NCBI GenBank assembly: GCA_004356985.1
Contig: SMXQ01000037.1
Span: 1 to 61,792 of the forward strand
Length of the DNA stretch: 61,792 nt
Reading direction: 5' to 3'
From: Alphaproteobacteria bacterium
GTDB lineage: Bacteria > Pseudomonadota > Alphaproteobacteria > SMXQ01
Made by a program: the position numbers and the translations under genes. The notes below the pieces were generated by a model. That model saw only the letters and a program-made list of their open reading frames with translations. It did no database searches and was not told where the DNA came from. Shown here one piece after another: positions 16,239 through 25,222 of the stretch. The number at the start of each line of letters is the position of its first letter. Positions within the stretch are counted from its first letter, which is position 1.

Positions 16239-17925
16239 GGGCGGCCCTACGCCTTTCGATCACCCGGGAGATGCGCCGAAACACGCCGTCCCAATCGCCG
16301 GGACGGGTCTGGCGGTGCAGGGTCACAGTGGGATACCAGACGCTTTGCTCTCCCTCAAGCCCCCAGCGCCAGTCGGGCACCCGGGCGAGGGCGAGGTGGG
16401 CCTCGGTGCCCAGCGCCCCGGCAAGGTGGACCAGCGCCGTGTCCGAGGTCACCACCAGGTCGAGGGCGGCAACCACGGCGGCGGTTTCCATGAAGGCGCC
16501 GCCGGCGCCGTCGATCTCGGCGCCAAGGTCGATGAGCGGAAGGTCGGCCGGCCAACCCGCCACTTGTTCGCCGCCCGCGCCCTTCTGCAGGGCGATGAGG
16601 GTCACCCCCGGGATGCGGGCCAGGGCTTCGAATGCGGCGAGCGGGATCGAGCGGCCCGCATCGGCCTGGTAGCCGGGATTGCCCTGCCAGCAGATGCCGA
16701 CCTTGAGGCCGGGGGCGGCCATGAGCCGTGCGCCATAGGGGGCGCGGCACGAGGGGTCGGGCGCCAGGGTGGCGCCGCGCGCCAGGGCGGCGGCGTCGAA
16801 CAGTCCCAAGGCGCGCGGCAGGCTCATCATCGGCGCCCAGGCATCGATCTCCGGCACGGTATCCTCGAAGGCGATGGTTTGCGCCACGCCCGTCATGCGC
16901 CCGATGATGGGCCCCATGGCCTTGGGGCCCCGGTAGATCACATGGGCGCCGCGCCGGGCCAGGTCGTCCGCGAAGCCCATGAATTGGAAGGCATCGCCCA
17001 TGCCCTGCTCGTGGTTGACCAGAAGCCGCCGGCCCTCCAGCGAACCGCCCGTCCATTCCGGCGCCGCGATGGCGCCGGCGCCGTAGCCCGGCATCTTGCG
17101 GCGCCATTCGAACGCCTCCCAGCCGCGCGCCCAGTCTCCCGCCAACAAAAGATTGAGGCCGAGGTTCCAGTGCAGCTCGGCGCGATCGGGGTGGGAATCG
17201 GGAAGCGCCGCCAAGGCGGTCTCGATCTCGGCGGTGGCGGCGGCGACGTCACCGCCCAATTTCAGCGCCGTGGCCAGGTTCATGCGCGCCCCCCCATGGG
17301 CCGGGTTCAGCGCCAGGGTTTTGCGGAACCCGGCGATGGCGGCCTTGATCTCGCCGAGGTCCAGCGCCGCGTTGGCCAGGTTGTAGCGAAAATCCGGGTC
17401 ATCGGGCCGCAGCGCGATGGCGTGGGCGAAGGCGTCTTGCGCTTCCCCGAAGGCGCCCAACTGCTTGTGGACCAGGCCAAGATTGGACCAGCCTTCGGCG
17501 AAACCAGGGTCGATGGCGACGGCGCGGGCGAGGTGGCGCGCGGCGTCGTTCGCCCGGCCCAGGCGCTTCAACGCGTTGCCCAGGTTGGATAGGGTGAGGG
17601 GCCGGTCGGGGGCCTCGGCGAGGGCGGCAAGATAGCGCGCCACCGCGTCCCCGGTGCGCCCGGCAAGGCCCAGGACATGGCCCGCGGAATGAAGGAAATC
17701 GGCGTTGTCCGGGGCCAGCGCCAGCGCCTTGTCGATCAACTGCAGGGCGCGGCCGTGGCGTCCCTTGTCGGCGGCGATGAGCCCCAAGAGATGAAGGGCG
17801 GCGGCGTCCTTGCCGTCTTTCGCTAGCGCCCGCTTATAGGCGGCCTCGGCCTTGTCCCCCCGGCCGGCGCGATGATGGGCGAGCCCCGCCTCGACAAAGT
17901 CGCGGGTTTGGCGGGCCGCGGTCAT
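16231..17925 (-). CDS. TPR-repeat protein with C-terminal glycosyltransferase family 9-like domain
   Basis: 564 aa. The N-terminal part carries about 7 TPR units. The C-terminal part carries RSIPLAAFEAL...LDLVVTSDTALVHLAGALG...PDWRWG...WYPT, typical of the GT9-like fold. Confidence 0.75.
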   Translation of the reverse strand: MTAARQTRDFVEAGLAHHRAGRGDKAEAAYKRALAKDGKDAAALHLLGLIAADKGRHGRALQLIDKALALAPDNADFLHSAGHVLGLAGRTGDAVARYLAALAEAPDRPLTLSNLGNALKRLGRANDAARHLARAVAIDPGFAEGWSNLGLVHKQLGAFGEAQDAFAHAIALRPDDPDFRYNLANAALDLGEIKAAIAGFRKTLALNPAHGGARMNLATALKLGGDVAAATAEIETALAALPDSHPDRAELHWNLGLNLLLAGDWARGWEAFEWRRKMPGYGAGAIAAPEWTGGSLEGRRLLVNHEQGMGDAFQFMGFADDLARRGAHVIYRGPKAMGPIIGRMTGVAQTIAFEDTVPEIDAWAPMMSLPRALGLFDAAALARGATLAPDPSCRAPYGARLMAAPGLKVGICWQGNPGYQADAGRSIPLAAFEALARIPGVTLIALQKGAGGEQVAGWPADLPLIDLGAEIDGAGGAFMETAAVVAALDLVVTSDTALVHLAGALGTEAHLALARVPDWRWGLEGEQSVWYPTVTLHRQTRPGDWDGVFRRISRVIERRRAAHG

Positions 17926-18153
17926 GGGTGGGCCGGGAATGGGACGAAATTTGGCATGGCCGCCGATGCTAGGGCCAAGAGGTTTATGAATTCTTTACCC
18001 TGTTTGCCCAAGGGGCCGCTTAGCAAGATTGCAGCAAAGCATATGACAGGGCCGGCCGGGGACGGTAATCTCCACCGGCATCTACGGTGGGCGGGGCGGG
18101 GTCCGGGTGGGCACCGCCGCCGCCGGCAAGAAGGGGTTGAGGCAAGCAAGGCC

Positions 18154-20532
18154 ATGGGGGGATTTCACGGGATTTCGCGGCTCGGCGCCGTCTTTTTGTT
18201 GGTGGGCTATTTGCTGGCCGTCCTTGGCGGCGCCGGCGCGCCGGCCCATGCCCAGGGGGCGGCCGCGCCGCTGGCCGGGAAGGGACAAGCGGCCCCAGCG
18301 GAACCGGGCAAGGCCTCGGCGGGGGACCTGTCTCAGGCACCCACGGCCGAGCTCGAGGCGCTGGCTAAGACCCTGGAGAACGACGCCGCGCGCAAGAAGT
18401 TCCTGGACAATCTCAGGGGCTTGATCAAAGCGCGCAAGGCCGCCGCGCCGGTCGCTGCCAAGCCCGGAATCGGCGACGGGCTCGCCGCGCGCATGGCCGG
18501 CGCCATGTCGCGGTCCATGCAGTCGCTGGGCGCGCGGGTCAGCGCCGTCATCGGGGTTCTCAGGGATGCGCCCCGCCTGGTGCCCTTGGCGGAGTCCTGG
18601 ATCACCACCGCCTCCAAGCGCGACCATTTGATCGGCCTGATCTGGCGATTGATCGTCGTCGTCGGCCTCGGCATGCTGCTCCAATTGGCGTTCCGTAGGG
18701 CGACGGGGCACTGGCGGCGCGGCCTTGAGGAGGATCAAGGCGAGGAGATCGGCGGGCGCGCCGTCCGTTTCTCCCTACGCACCTTGCTTATTTTCGGCAA
18801 TGCTTTGGCTTACGGTGGCGGCGCCTACGGCGCCATTTTCGCCTTGCCCATGGAAGGCGCCGCCGGGGCGGTGCTTTTGGTCGGGGCCAGTTCCTTCTTC
18901 GTCGCCATGTTGATCCTGGCCACCACGCGCGTGATCGTGGCGCCCGGGACGCCGCTGTTGAGGCCGGCGCCCATCAGCGACGAGACCGCCAATTACCTGT
19001 TCCTTTGGGTGCGCCGCCTGGTGCGGTTCTTCGTCTATGCTTTCTTCTTCCTGAAGGCGGCCCAACTGGCGGGGCTGCCGGACCCGGCCTATGGCTCGCT
19101 GGTCTATATGGTGGGCCTCGTCCTGGTCTTCTTCCTGGTGGTTTTCGTGCTGCAGAACCGCGCCCCGGTGGCCGCCGCGATCCACGGCCGGGTAGAAGAG
19201 GCGCGCGGCACTGGCGGCCTGCGTGCGCGCCTGGCCGGGACTTGGCATCTCTTCGCCATGGGCTACATCGTCGCGGTATACGGGGTTTGGGTGTTCGAGG
19301 TCGAGGGCGGTTTCGAATTCCTCATGGTGGCGACCTTCTGGACAATCGTCGCCATAACCGCGGCCAGGATTCTGGTGATGGGCGCGGCGCGCGGCATCGC
19401 CCGGCTGTTCGCCGTGGGTGCCGATCTCGAGGCGCGGTTCCCCGGGCTGGAGTCGCGGGCCAACCGCTACGTGCCGGCGCTCAAGGGTACCATCGCCTGG
19501 GCCGTGTATATCGCCGCCGCCCTGGTGGTGCTCGACGTCTGGGGGGTGGATACCCTGGGCTGGCTGGTCACGGCAGAGGGCACGGCGGTGCTGCGCACGG
19601 TGATCACCGTGGGGTTCATCCTGATCGTCGGGATCACCGTCTGGGAGGTGATCAATCTCGGTATCGGCCGCTACCTTGGCCGCATGGACGACGACGCCAA
19701 GGGCGCCGCCCGGGCGCGGACGCTGTTGCCCCTGATTCGCACCACGGCGCTGATCATCATCTCGGTGATCGTTTCCTTGTCGGTGCTGTCCGAGGTCGGT
19801 TTCAACATCGGGCCGCTGCTGGGGGGGGTCGGGGTGATCGGTCTCGCCATCGGCTTCGGCGCCCAGACCCTGGTCAAGGACGTGCTCACCGGCCTGTTCA
19901 TCCTCGTCGAGGACACCATCGTCGTCGGCGATTACGTGGAGGTGGGCGGCCACGAAGGCACGGTGGAATCCCTTTCCATCCGCACCATCAGCCTGCGCGA
20001 CCCGGCCGGCAGGGTGCACACGGTGCCGTTCAGCGATGTCTCCACGGTGCTGAACCACACCAAGGATTTTGCCAACGTGGTGTTGAACATCGGCATCGCC
20101 TACCGGGAAAACGTGGACGAGGTGATGGCGGTGATCGAGGAACTGGGCCGGGAAATGGCCGAGGACGAAGCCCTGGCCCCCGACATCATCAGGCCATTGG
20201 AAGTGCAGGGCCTGCAAGCCCTGGAGGATTCCGCCGTGGTCATCCGCGCCCGCATCAGGGTCAGGGCCGGAACACAGTGGGGCATGAAGCGGGAATTCAA
20301 CCGCCGCATGAAGAACCGCTTCGACGAACTGGGCATCGAAATTCCCTTCCCCCACCAGACCGTCTATTTCGGCCAGGATAGCGAAGGCAACGCCGCCCCG
20401 GCCCATGTGGCCATGGTGGACAAAGTCCGGACCAAGGCCCCGGCCGCCAAGCCCGCCGCCGCCCCAAAGCCGGCCCCGGCGCGGCGCGGCAGGTCCGTGG
20501 GCAATGTCGATGACGGCGACGGCGACGGCTGA
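18154..20532 (+). CDS. Mechanosensitive ion channel family protein (large MscK/MscM-like, with signal peptide)
   Basis: Start MGGFHGISRLGAVFLLVGYLLAVLGGAGAPAHAQ (signal peptide). Multiple TM helices, then the MscS core GFGAQTLVKDVLTGLFILVEDTIVVGDYVEVGGHEGTVESLSIRT. Confidence 0.85.
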   Translation: MGGFHGISRLGAVFLLVGYLLAVLGGAGAPAHAQGAAAPLAGKGQAAPAEPGKASAGDLSQAPTAELEALAKTLENDAARKKFLDNLRGLIKARKAAAPVAAKPGIGDGLAARMAGAMSRSMQSLGARVSAVIGVLRDAPRLVPLAESWITTASKRDHLIGLIWRLIVVVGLGMLLQLAFRRATGHWRRGLEEDQGEEIGGRAVRFSLRTLLIFGNALAYGGGAYGAIFALPMEGAAGAVLLVGASSFFVAMLILATTRVIVAPGTPLLRPAPISDETANYLFLWVRRLVRFFVYAFFFLKAAQLAGLPDPAYGSLVYMVGLVLVFFLVVFVLQNRAPVAAAIHGRVEEARGTGGLRARLAGTWHLFAMGYIVAVYGVWVFEVEGGFEFLMVATFWTIVAITAARILVMGAARGIARLFAVGADLEARFPGLESRANRYVPALKGTIAWAVYIAAALVVLDVWGVDTLGWLVTAEGTAVLRTVITVGFILIVGITVWEVINLGIGRYLGRMDDDAKGAARARTLLPLIRTTALIIISVIVSLSVLSEVGFNIGPLLGGVGVIGLAIGFGAQTLVKDVLTGLFILVEDTIVVGDYVEVGGHEGTVESLSIRTISLRDPAGRVHTVPFSDVSTVLNHTKDFANVVLNIGIAYRENVDEVMAVIEELGREMAEDEALAPDIIRPLEVQGLQALEDSAVVIRARIRVRAGTQWGMKREFNRRMKNRFDELGIEIPFPHQTVYFGQDSEGNAAPAHVAMVDKVRTKAPAAKPAAAPKPAPARRGRSVGNVDDGDGDG

Positions 20533-20574
20533 GACCGGCCGCCCCGGGCCCGGGGCGGGGAGGGGCGGGGCGGC

Positions 20575-21168
20575 TCAACGCTCCCCGTCGATGACCGATT
20601 TGGCCACCGAATAAGAGAATCCCGCCCGCGCCAGGGCGGCGAGGTCCTTTTCGCGCCGTTCCGCGCGAACATCCTCGCCCCGCCAGGGGCCCAGGCGGCG
20701 CCGGCGCGCGGTGCGCTTGGCCGCCGCGAGATCGGGCGGCGTGTCGTCGGGCGCCTCTTCGGCGAGCGCGGCGAGCGCGGCGTCGATCTCGGGCCTTGGG
20801 ACCCCTTTTTCGGCTAGCCGGGCAATGATCGACCGGGTGGAAATCCCGCGCCCGTGAAGGCTGATTGCGCGGGCGCGGGCGAAGGCGGCATCGTCGAGCA
20901 GCCCGGCCCGAAGGTAGCGCGCGATGAGATCGGCGACCAAGGCCCGGCCCTGGTCTGTATCGGTGCCGTGGTGGCGCGCCGAGGCGGCAACGCGGCGGTG
21001 CAAAACCCGTTCCAGCGACCGCGCCGTCGCCTGGAACCGGGCGAGATAGCCGAGCGCCACGTTTTCCAAATGCCTGGCCGTCGCCCTGCGGGGGACGCGC
21101 CGCCGTGACGTTGCGGACCCCGGAGGGGCCCCGTTGGGTGGTTGGGATTGGCGCCGGGAGGAGGCCAT
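20575..21168 (-). CDS. recX: Regulatory protein RecX
   Basis: RecX three-repeat helical pattern (ALGYLARFQATARSLERVL...LIARYLRAGLLDDAAFA...). Start taken at MASSRRQ. Confidence 0.75.
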   Translation of the reverse strand: MASSRRQSQPPNGAPPGSATSRRRVPRRATARHLENVALGYLARFQATARSLERVLHRRVAASARHHGTDTDQGRALVADLIARYLRAGLLDDAAFARARAISLHGRGISTRSIIARLAEKGVPRPEIDAALAALAEEAPDDTPPDLAAAKRTARRRRLGPWRGEDVRAERREKDLAALARAGFSYSVAKSVIDGER

Positions 21169-21389
21169 GGCCCGAGCATGGCAGCCTGGCGCCCGCCTGT
21201 CATCCCGCCCCTGGCCTGGGCCCCGGGGGCGAAAGCCATGGACGCGTGGGAAGCCGTTGATCGCGTGCCGGGTTTTAGGGATCAACCGGCACCCGGCACC
21301 CTTTGCCTGCATTGGCGGGGTTCGGCCATGGCGGCGGCAACCGATCCAGGTTCACCGCCCATTGGGCTTGCTGATGAAGCGACTGATTC

Positions 21390-21520
21390 ATGGGAAATAT
21401 TCCCTGGAGTTAAAGATAACGATTTTCAGTAGAAATTAATGAACTATTAATAAATGTTAGAATTTTATTAAATTTTTATTCACTTATTTCTTATAGCGTT
21501 TCCGTGTCTCTCATATTTAG
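21390..21520 (+). promoter_or_regulatory. Extremely AT-rich island upstream of the Flp-like gene
   Basis: Positions 21411-21500 contain 16 G+C in 90 nt by hand count, in a ~65% GC genome. No ORF is present. Confidence 0.6.
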
Positions 21521-21537
21521 GGACTTGGGGACGTGGT

Positions 21538-22422
21538 GTGAAATTACTTGTCGTTGCCTTTCGATGCCTCGCCAGGGCGGAGGCCGGTGTCACCGGCCTG
21601 GAATACGGGCTGCTGGCCTCCCTCATGGGGGTGGTCATTTTCGCCTCCGTCGCCGCCGTCGGTCTTCAAGTGGGGAATAAATTCACCACCCTGACGCAAT
21701 CCTTCAACCCGGCACGCGACCTGCAGGGTCCAACCGGGCCGCCGCCGGAAGAGGTCATGGCGTACCCCGGATCCAATGGACCGGACCACGCGAGCGATGT
21801 CGCCCAGGATATCGGAAGCGCACGGGAAAACGAGATCGGCGGCGTGGTTTGGGGGACCGGCGAATCCATCGCACCGGCGGCCAGTCTGGCGGCGGACACC
21901 GGCGGCCCGGTGATCCTTTCCGCCAAGGACCTGCTGGCCGCGGCCCAGGGTTCGAGCCTTGGCGCCGCGCCCGCCGCCGGACCGCGCGCGCTTGGCATCG
22001 GCGCGACCGAGAACGATTTCGGCCAATCGGCGGGAAATGTTGGTCGGCAGGCGGCCATAGGCGGTGGCGAAGGTGGTTCCCTGGCGTCGTCACGTGCCGG
22101 CGGCTCATTCAAGATTGGTCAGACGAATCACGGTGCCGAAGAGGGCGCGGCCCGGCTTTTAAATGGAGGCTTCTCCGGCGAGGGCATGACATCCGAAAAC
22201 CAACCGAACCTTCCCTCCGGGTCCGGGGGAGGGGTAATGGGCCTGTTGGGCCTGTTCGCGGCCTTGCTCGGCCTGGTGGTGGTAATCTGGAAACTTGTCC
22301 GCCGCGCACGGTTCTTTTCCAATACCCAGAGGCAAATAAATAAATGGCAAAGAAACAGGGAAGACAAGCAGGGACGGCAATCCGTCAGGGCCTTTAGCCC
22401 AAGGGCAGGGGCAACGACCTAA
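21538..22422 (+). CDS. Flp/Fap-type prepilin N-terminus fused to a long Gly/Ala-rich region and a C-terminal TM anchor
   Basis: GTG start. Leader MKLLVVAFRCLARAEAG followed by VTGLEYGLLASLMGVVIFASVAAVGLQVGNKFTTLTQSF matches the GxxxxEY Flp motif. The frame then continues to 294 aa and ends with VMGLLGLFAALLGLVVVIW-KLVRRAR. Confidence 0.65.
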   Translation: MKLLVVAFRCLARAEAGVTGLEYGLLASLMGVVIFASVAAVGLQVGNKFTTLTQSFNPARDLQGPTGPPPEEVMAYPGSNGPDHASDVAQDIGSARENEIGGVVWGTGESIAPAASLAADTGGPVILSAKDLLAAAQGSSLGAAPAAGPRALGIGATENDFGQSAGNVGRQAAIGGGEGGSLASSRAGGSFKIGQTNHGAEEGAARLLNGGFSGEGMTSENQPNLPSGSGGGVMGLLGLFAALLGLVVVIWKLVRRARFFSNTQRQINKWQRNREDKQGRQSVRAFSPRAGATT

Positions 22423-22431
22423 TTTCCAAAA

Positions 22432-23139
22432 TTATGAGCGATCGGTCGGGACTTCCCGGCCGCCGCCGCCAAGCGCCTTTTCTATCCTGTCCGAAAACGA
22501 CTGTTTCCAACCCGGGGACAGCGCCTCGATATCCATGGCCTTCTTGGCATCCTCGAGATTATCCGGATCGAAGTAGAGCAGGTGCATGATCTCGCGGACG
22601 GTCATGGGTCCGGCAGGCTCCCCAACGCCAACCAACGCGTCGCCTGCACCAACCTCTCCTTCCTCCAACACCCGCAGGTAAAAGCCGACCCGGCAGCTCT
22701 CGGCAAATTGCTTGTGGAAACCTTCAATGCCCATGCGGACGCCCAGCTTGAAGCACGGAACACGGGGTTGGGTGACTTCGACGAGTGCGTCGCCAACGCG
22801 GAAGACGTCGCCGATCCGGATCGCGTCGTCGGCCATGCCTTCCACGGTAAAGTTTTCGCCGAACTGTCCGGCGGCCTTGAAATCCGTCCTGCCGAGTTCG
22901 TTCGCCCAATAGCGATAGTTTTCCACTGTGTAGACGTAGACCGCCTTGTAGATTCCGCCGTGGCCATTCAGGTCGGCCTGGGCATCACCATCGAGGTTGA
23001 GCGTCCGCAACATGGGCCTCCCCGGGGCGGGCTCCTTGAAAATTCCTGTGCTCGTCGTCTTCTCCCGCCCTCTGCGGTCGATGTATGAGACCTCCCTTGG
23101 CTGCGCAACATTGACCGAAAGCAATTTCATTTGTGACAT
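22432..23139 (-). CDS. MOSC domain-containing protein (YiiM-like)
   Basis: Start MSQMKLL follows a GGAGGGAGAGGG SD. MOSC pattern is GENFTVEG...VTQPRVPCFKLG. Confidence 0.8.
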   Translation of the reverse strand: MSQMKLLSVNVAQPREVSYIDRRGREKTTSTGIFKEPAPGRPMLRTLNLDGDAQADLNGHGGIYKAVYVYTVENYRYWANELGRTDFKAAGQFGENFTVEGMADDAIRIGDVFRVGDALVEVTQPRVPCFKLGVRMGIEGFHKQFAESCRVGFYLRVLEEGEVGAGDALVGVGEPAGPMTVREIMHLLYFDPDNLEDAKKAMDIEALSPGWKQSFSDRIEKALGGGGREVPTDRS

Positions 23140-23209
23140 GTCCCTCTCCCTCCTGTGCATACAGAGTCAGGATGCGATGGGTGGAACCAACGCGTCTCTA
23201 ATGCCCGGT

Positions 23210-24589
23210 TCATTCCATGGGCTTTAAGCTCGCCAACAAGGTCGGGATCAACTCGGTCACCGTCGGGTGAATGTGCACCGCGCGCTGGATCACCGTGTAG
23301 GGGGCGTTGGCGTACATGACATCGAGAAGAGAGTGGACAACTTCATCTCCACCGACGCCGAGGATCGCCGCGCCGAGGATTCTCTCGCTTTCCGCGTCGA
23401 CCAAAATTTTCATGAACCCCTGGGTCTCGCCCCGCTCACGGGCGCGCCCGACGCGCGCCATCATCATCTTGCCGACCAATGCCTTGCGGCCTGAGTCCCG
23501 GACTTGGGCTTCCGTCATGCCGATCCGGCCCAAAGGCGGGTCGATAAAAAGCCCGTAGGTGGTGATGCGGTCGGAGATTCGCCTGGGATCATTGTCGAAC
23601 ATGTTGGCGGCGAGAATTTCATAATCGTTGTACGACGTGTGGGTGAAGGCGCCCCGGCCGTTGACGTCGCCCATGGCCCAGATCCCGGGCACGTTGGTGC
23701 GAAGCTCGTCGTCGACAACGATGTAGCCGCGTGTGTCGGTCTCGACGCCGGCCGCTTCCAGGCCCAAATCGTCGGTATTGGGCCGGCGGCCCACGGCCAG
23801 CAGCACATGAGAGCCGACAATTTCCTCGGTGCCCGGTTCACAGCTTGCGCTGACCACGACTTGGCCGTCGCGTCGTGCCAAGCCGATGCAGCTGGCGTTG
23901 AGCAGAAATTCGATGCCTTCGTTCTCTAGAATTTCCTGCACCGCGGCGGAGACCTCGTCGTCCTCGCGGCCGATCAGTTTCGGACCCATCTCGATGACCG
24001 TGACCCGGGATCCGAAGCGCCGGTACATTTGCGCGAACTCAAGCCCGATATAGCTGCCACCGATGATGACCAGGTGGTCGGGAAGAAAGTCGACCTCCAT
24101 CATGGAAGTGTTGGTGAGGTATTCGACATCGTCGATACCGGGCATATCGGGAACGGTGGCCCGGGCGCCGACGTTGAATACGATCTTCTCGGCTTCCAGA
24201 AGATCGTCGTTGACGCGCACCGTTTTGGCGCTCTCCAAGCGGCCATGACCCTCAAATACGGTCAGGTTCTCCATATTCTTGAGCCAATTGGTGACGCCGT
24301 CGTTGGATTGTTTGACGATGGCGTCCTTGCGCGCCTTGACCTGGCCCATGTCGACCTTGATTGGCCCCTCGATGGCGATCCCGAAATCGCCGCCGCGCCG
24401 CGCCATGTGCGCCGCCCGCGCGCTGGCGACCAAGGCCTTGGTGGGGATACAGCCGACGTTGACGCAGGTGCCGCCGAACAACTTCCGCTCGATGACCGCC
24501 GTTTTCATGCCCTCTCGGGTCATCCGTTGGGCCAGCGACGGCCCCGCCTGGCCGGTGCCGATGATGATGGCATCGAATTTTTCAGTCAT
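23210..24589 (-). CDS. Class I pyridine nucleotide-disulfide oxidoreductase (MerA/RclA/Lpd-like, no metal-binding N-domain or C-terminal Cys pair)
   Basis: 459 aa. Motifs are GTGQAG (FAD), redox-active GGTCVNVGCIPTK, and the C-terminal HIHPTVTELIP His-Glu dyad. Confidence 0.85.
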   Translation of the reverse strand: MTEKFDAIIIGTGQAGPSLAQRMTREGMKTAVIERKLFGGTCVNVGCIPTKALVASARAAHMARRGGDFGIAIEGPIKVDMGQVKARKDAIVKQSNDGVTNWLKNMENLTVFEGHGRLESAKTVRVNDDLLEAEKIVFNVGARATVPDMPGIDDVEYLTNTSMMEVDFLPDHLVIIGGSYIGLEFAQMYRRFGSRVTVIEMGPKLIGREDDEVSAAVQEILENEGIEFLLNASCIGLARRDGQVVVSASCEPGTEEIVGSHVLLAVGRRPNTDDLGLEAAGVETDTRGYIVVDDELRTNVPGIWAMGDVNGRGAFTHTSYNDYEILAANMFDNDPRRISDRITTYGLFIDPPLGRIGMTEAQVRDSGRKALVGKMMMARVGRARERGETQGFMKILVDAESERILGAAILGVGGDEVVHSLLDVMYANAPYTVIQRAVHIHPTVTELIPTLLASLKPME

Positions 24590-24656
24590 GTCCCGCCCTC
24601 CGATTGCCTAAATACCCTATCATTCCTGTCAGGTAAGTACATCCGGGCTGGAGTTT

Positions 24657-24893
24657 ATGGTAGCAACCATGCAGGGCAATATCATCGACATGCTGATGGC
24701 GCCGCTCTCGCCCATGGAGCTGACCGCGGGCTGCCATGATTCGCGGCTTTCGGTGGGCCTGGGCACGGCCTGCCGGGCGAGGTTCAAGACCACCAACCGG
24801 CCCAGCCCCTGATCAGTGTGCCGGAAACCGTTGGCCGTGACGGCATGGGCGAATCACCTCGACATGGCCTATGGCGGCATGTGGAAAACGTGA
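24657..24893 (+). other. Small ORF with coding-like GC3 interrupted by an in-frame TGA (candidate selenoprotein or nonsense pseudogene)
   Basis: ATG at 24657/24669 follows GGAG. There are 51 codons to the TGA at 24810, then 26 more in-frame codons to the TGA at 24891. GC3 by hand is about 88% before and 20/26 after the internal TGA, against 14/27 in the other open frame. Local motif is TGA-TCA-GTG-TGC, which reads U-S-V-C. Confidence 0.3.
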
Positions 24894-25222
24894 ATTGAAT
24901 CGAAACCAACAACGATTTCAGTACCTTTGTCTGGTCCCTGCCTGTGCGTTCAATTGCATAATAACACATTGAAAAATAATGAAAAACAAGTAGGCTTGGC
25001 GTTGAGATGCGGGGCGGCGGAAGACCAGAATTCGGTTTTGCGGCGCCGTGATGGAACGCCAATCCGCCCCCAGTGCCGCAAGCCCAACCCGGGCGGTCCA
25101 AGCGGGGGAAGCGGGCCGATCGGCGAAGGGAAAAAATGGCCGCCCGGGTCGCCATGGGTTGTTTGGGGCGCGGGCGCCGGTCCAGCGTCACGAGACGATG
25201 ATCACTTGCGAAAACATGAATT

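Noticed and set aside
20541-20566. GC-only palindrome CCCCGGGCCCGGGG between the Msc channel and recX as a terminator
   Set aside because: There is no U/A tract on either side and the loop is too tight. Such GC palindromes are frequent in this composition.
24810-24812. Idea that TGA is generally reassigned or read through in this organism, prompted by two in-frame TGAs
   Set aside because: Many well-supported genes here terminate at TGA at the expected family length, including several ATGA stop/start overlaps (argD/argF, queA/tgt, GT2/TVP38, TVP38/queC). Any recoding would have to be site-specific.
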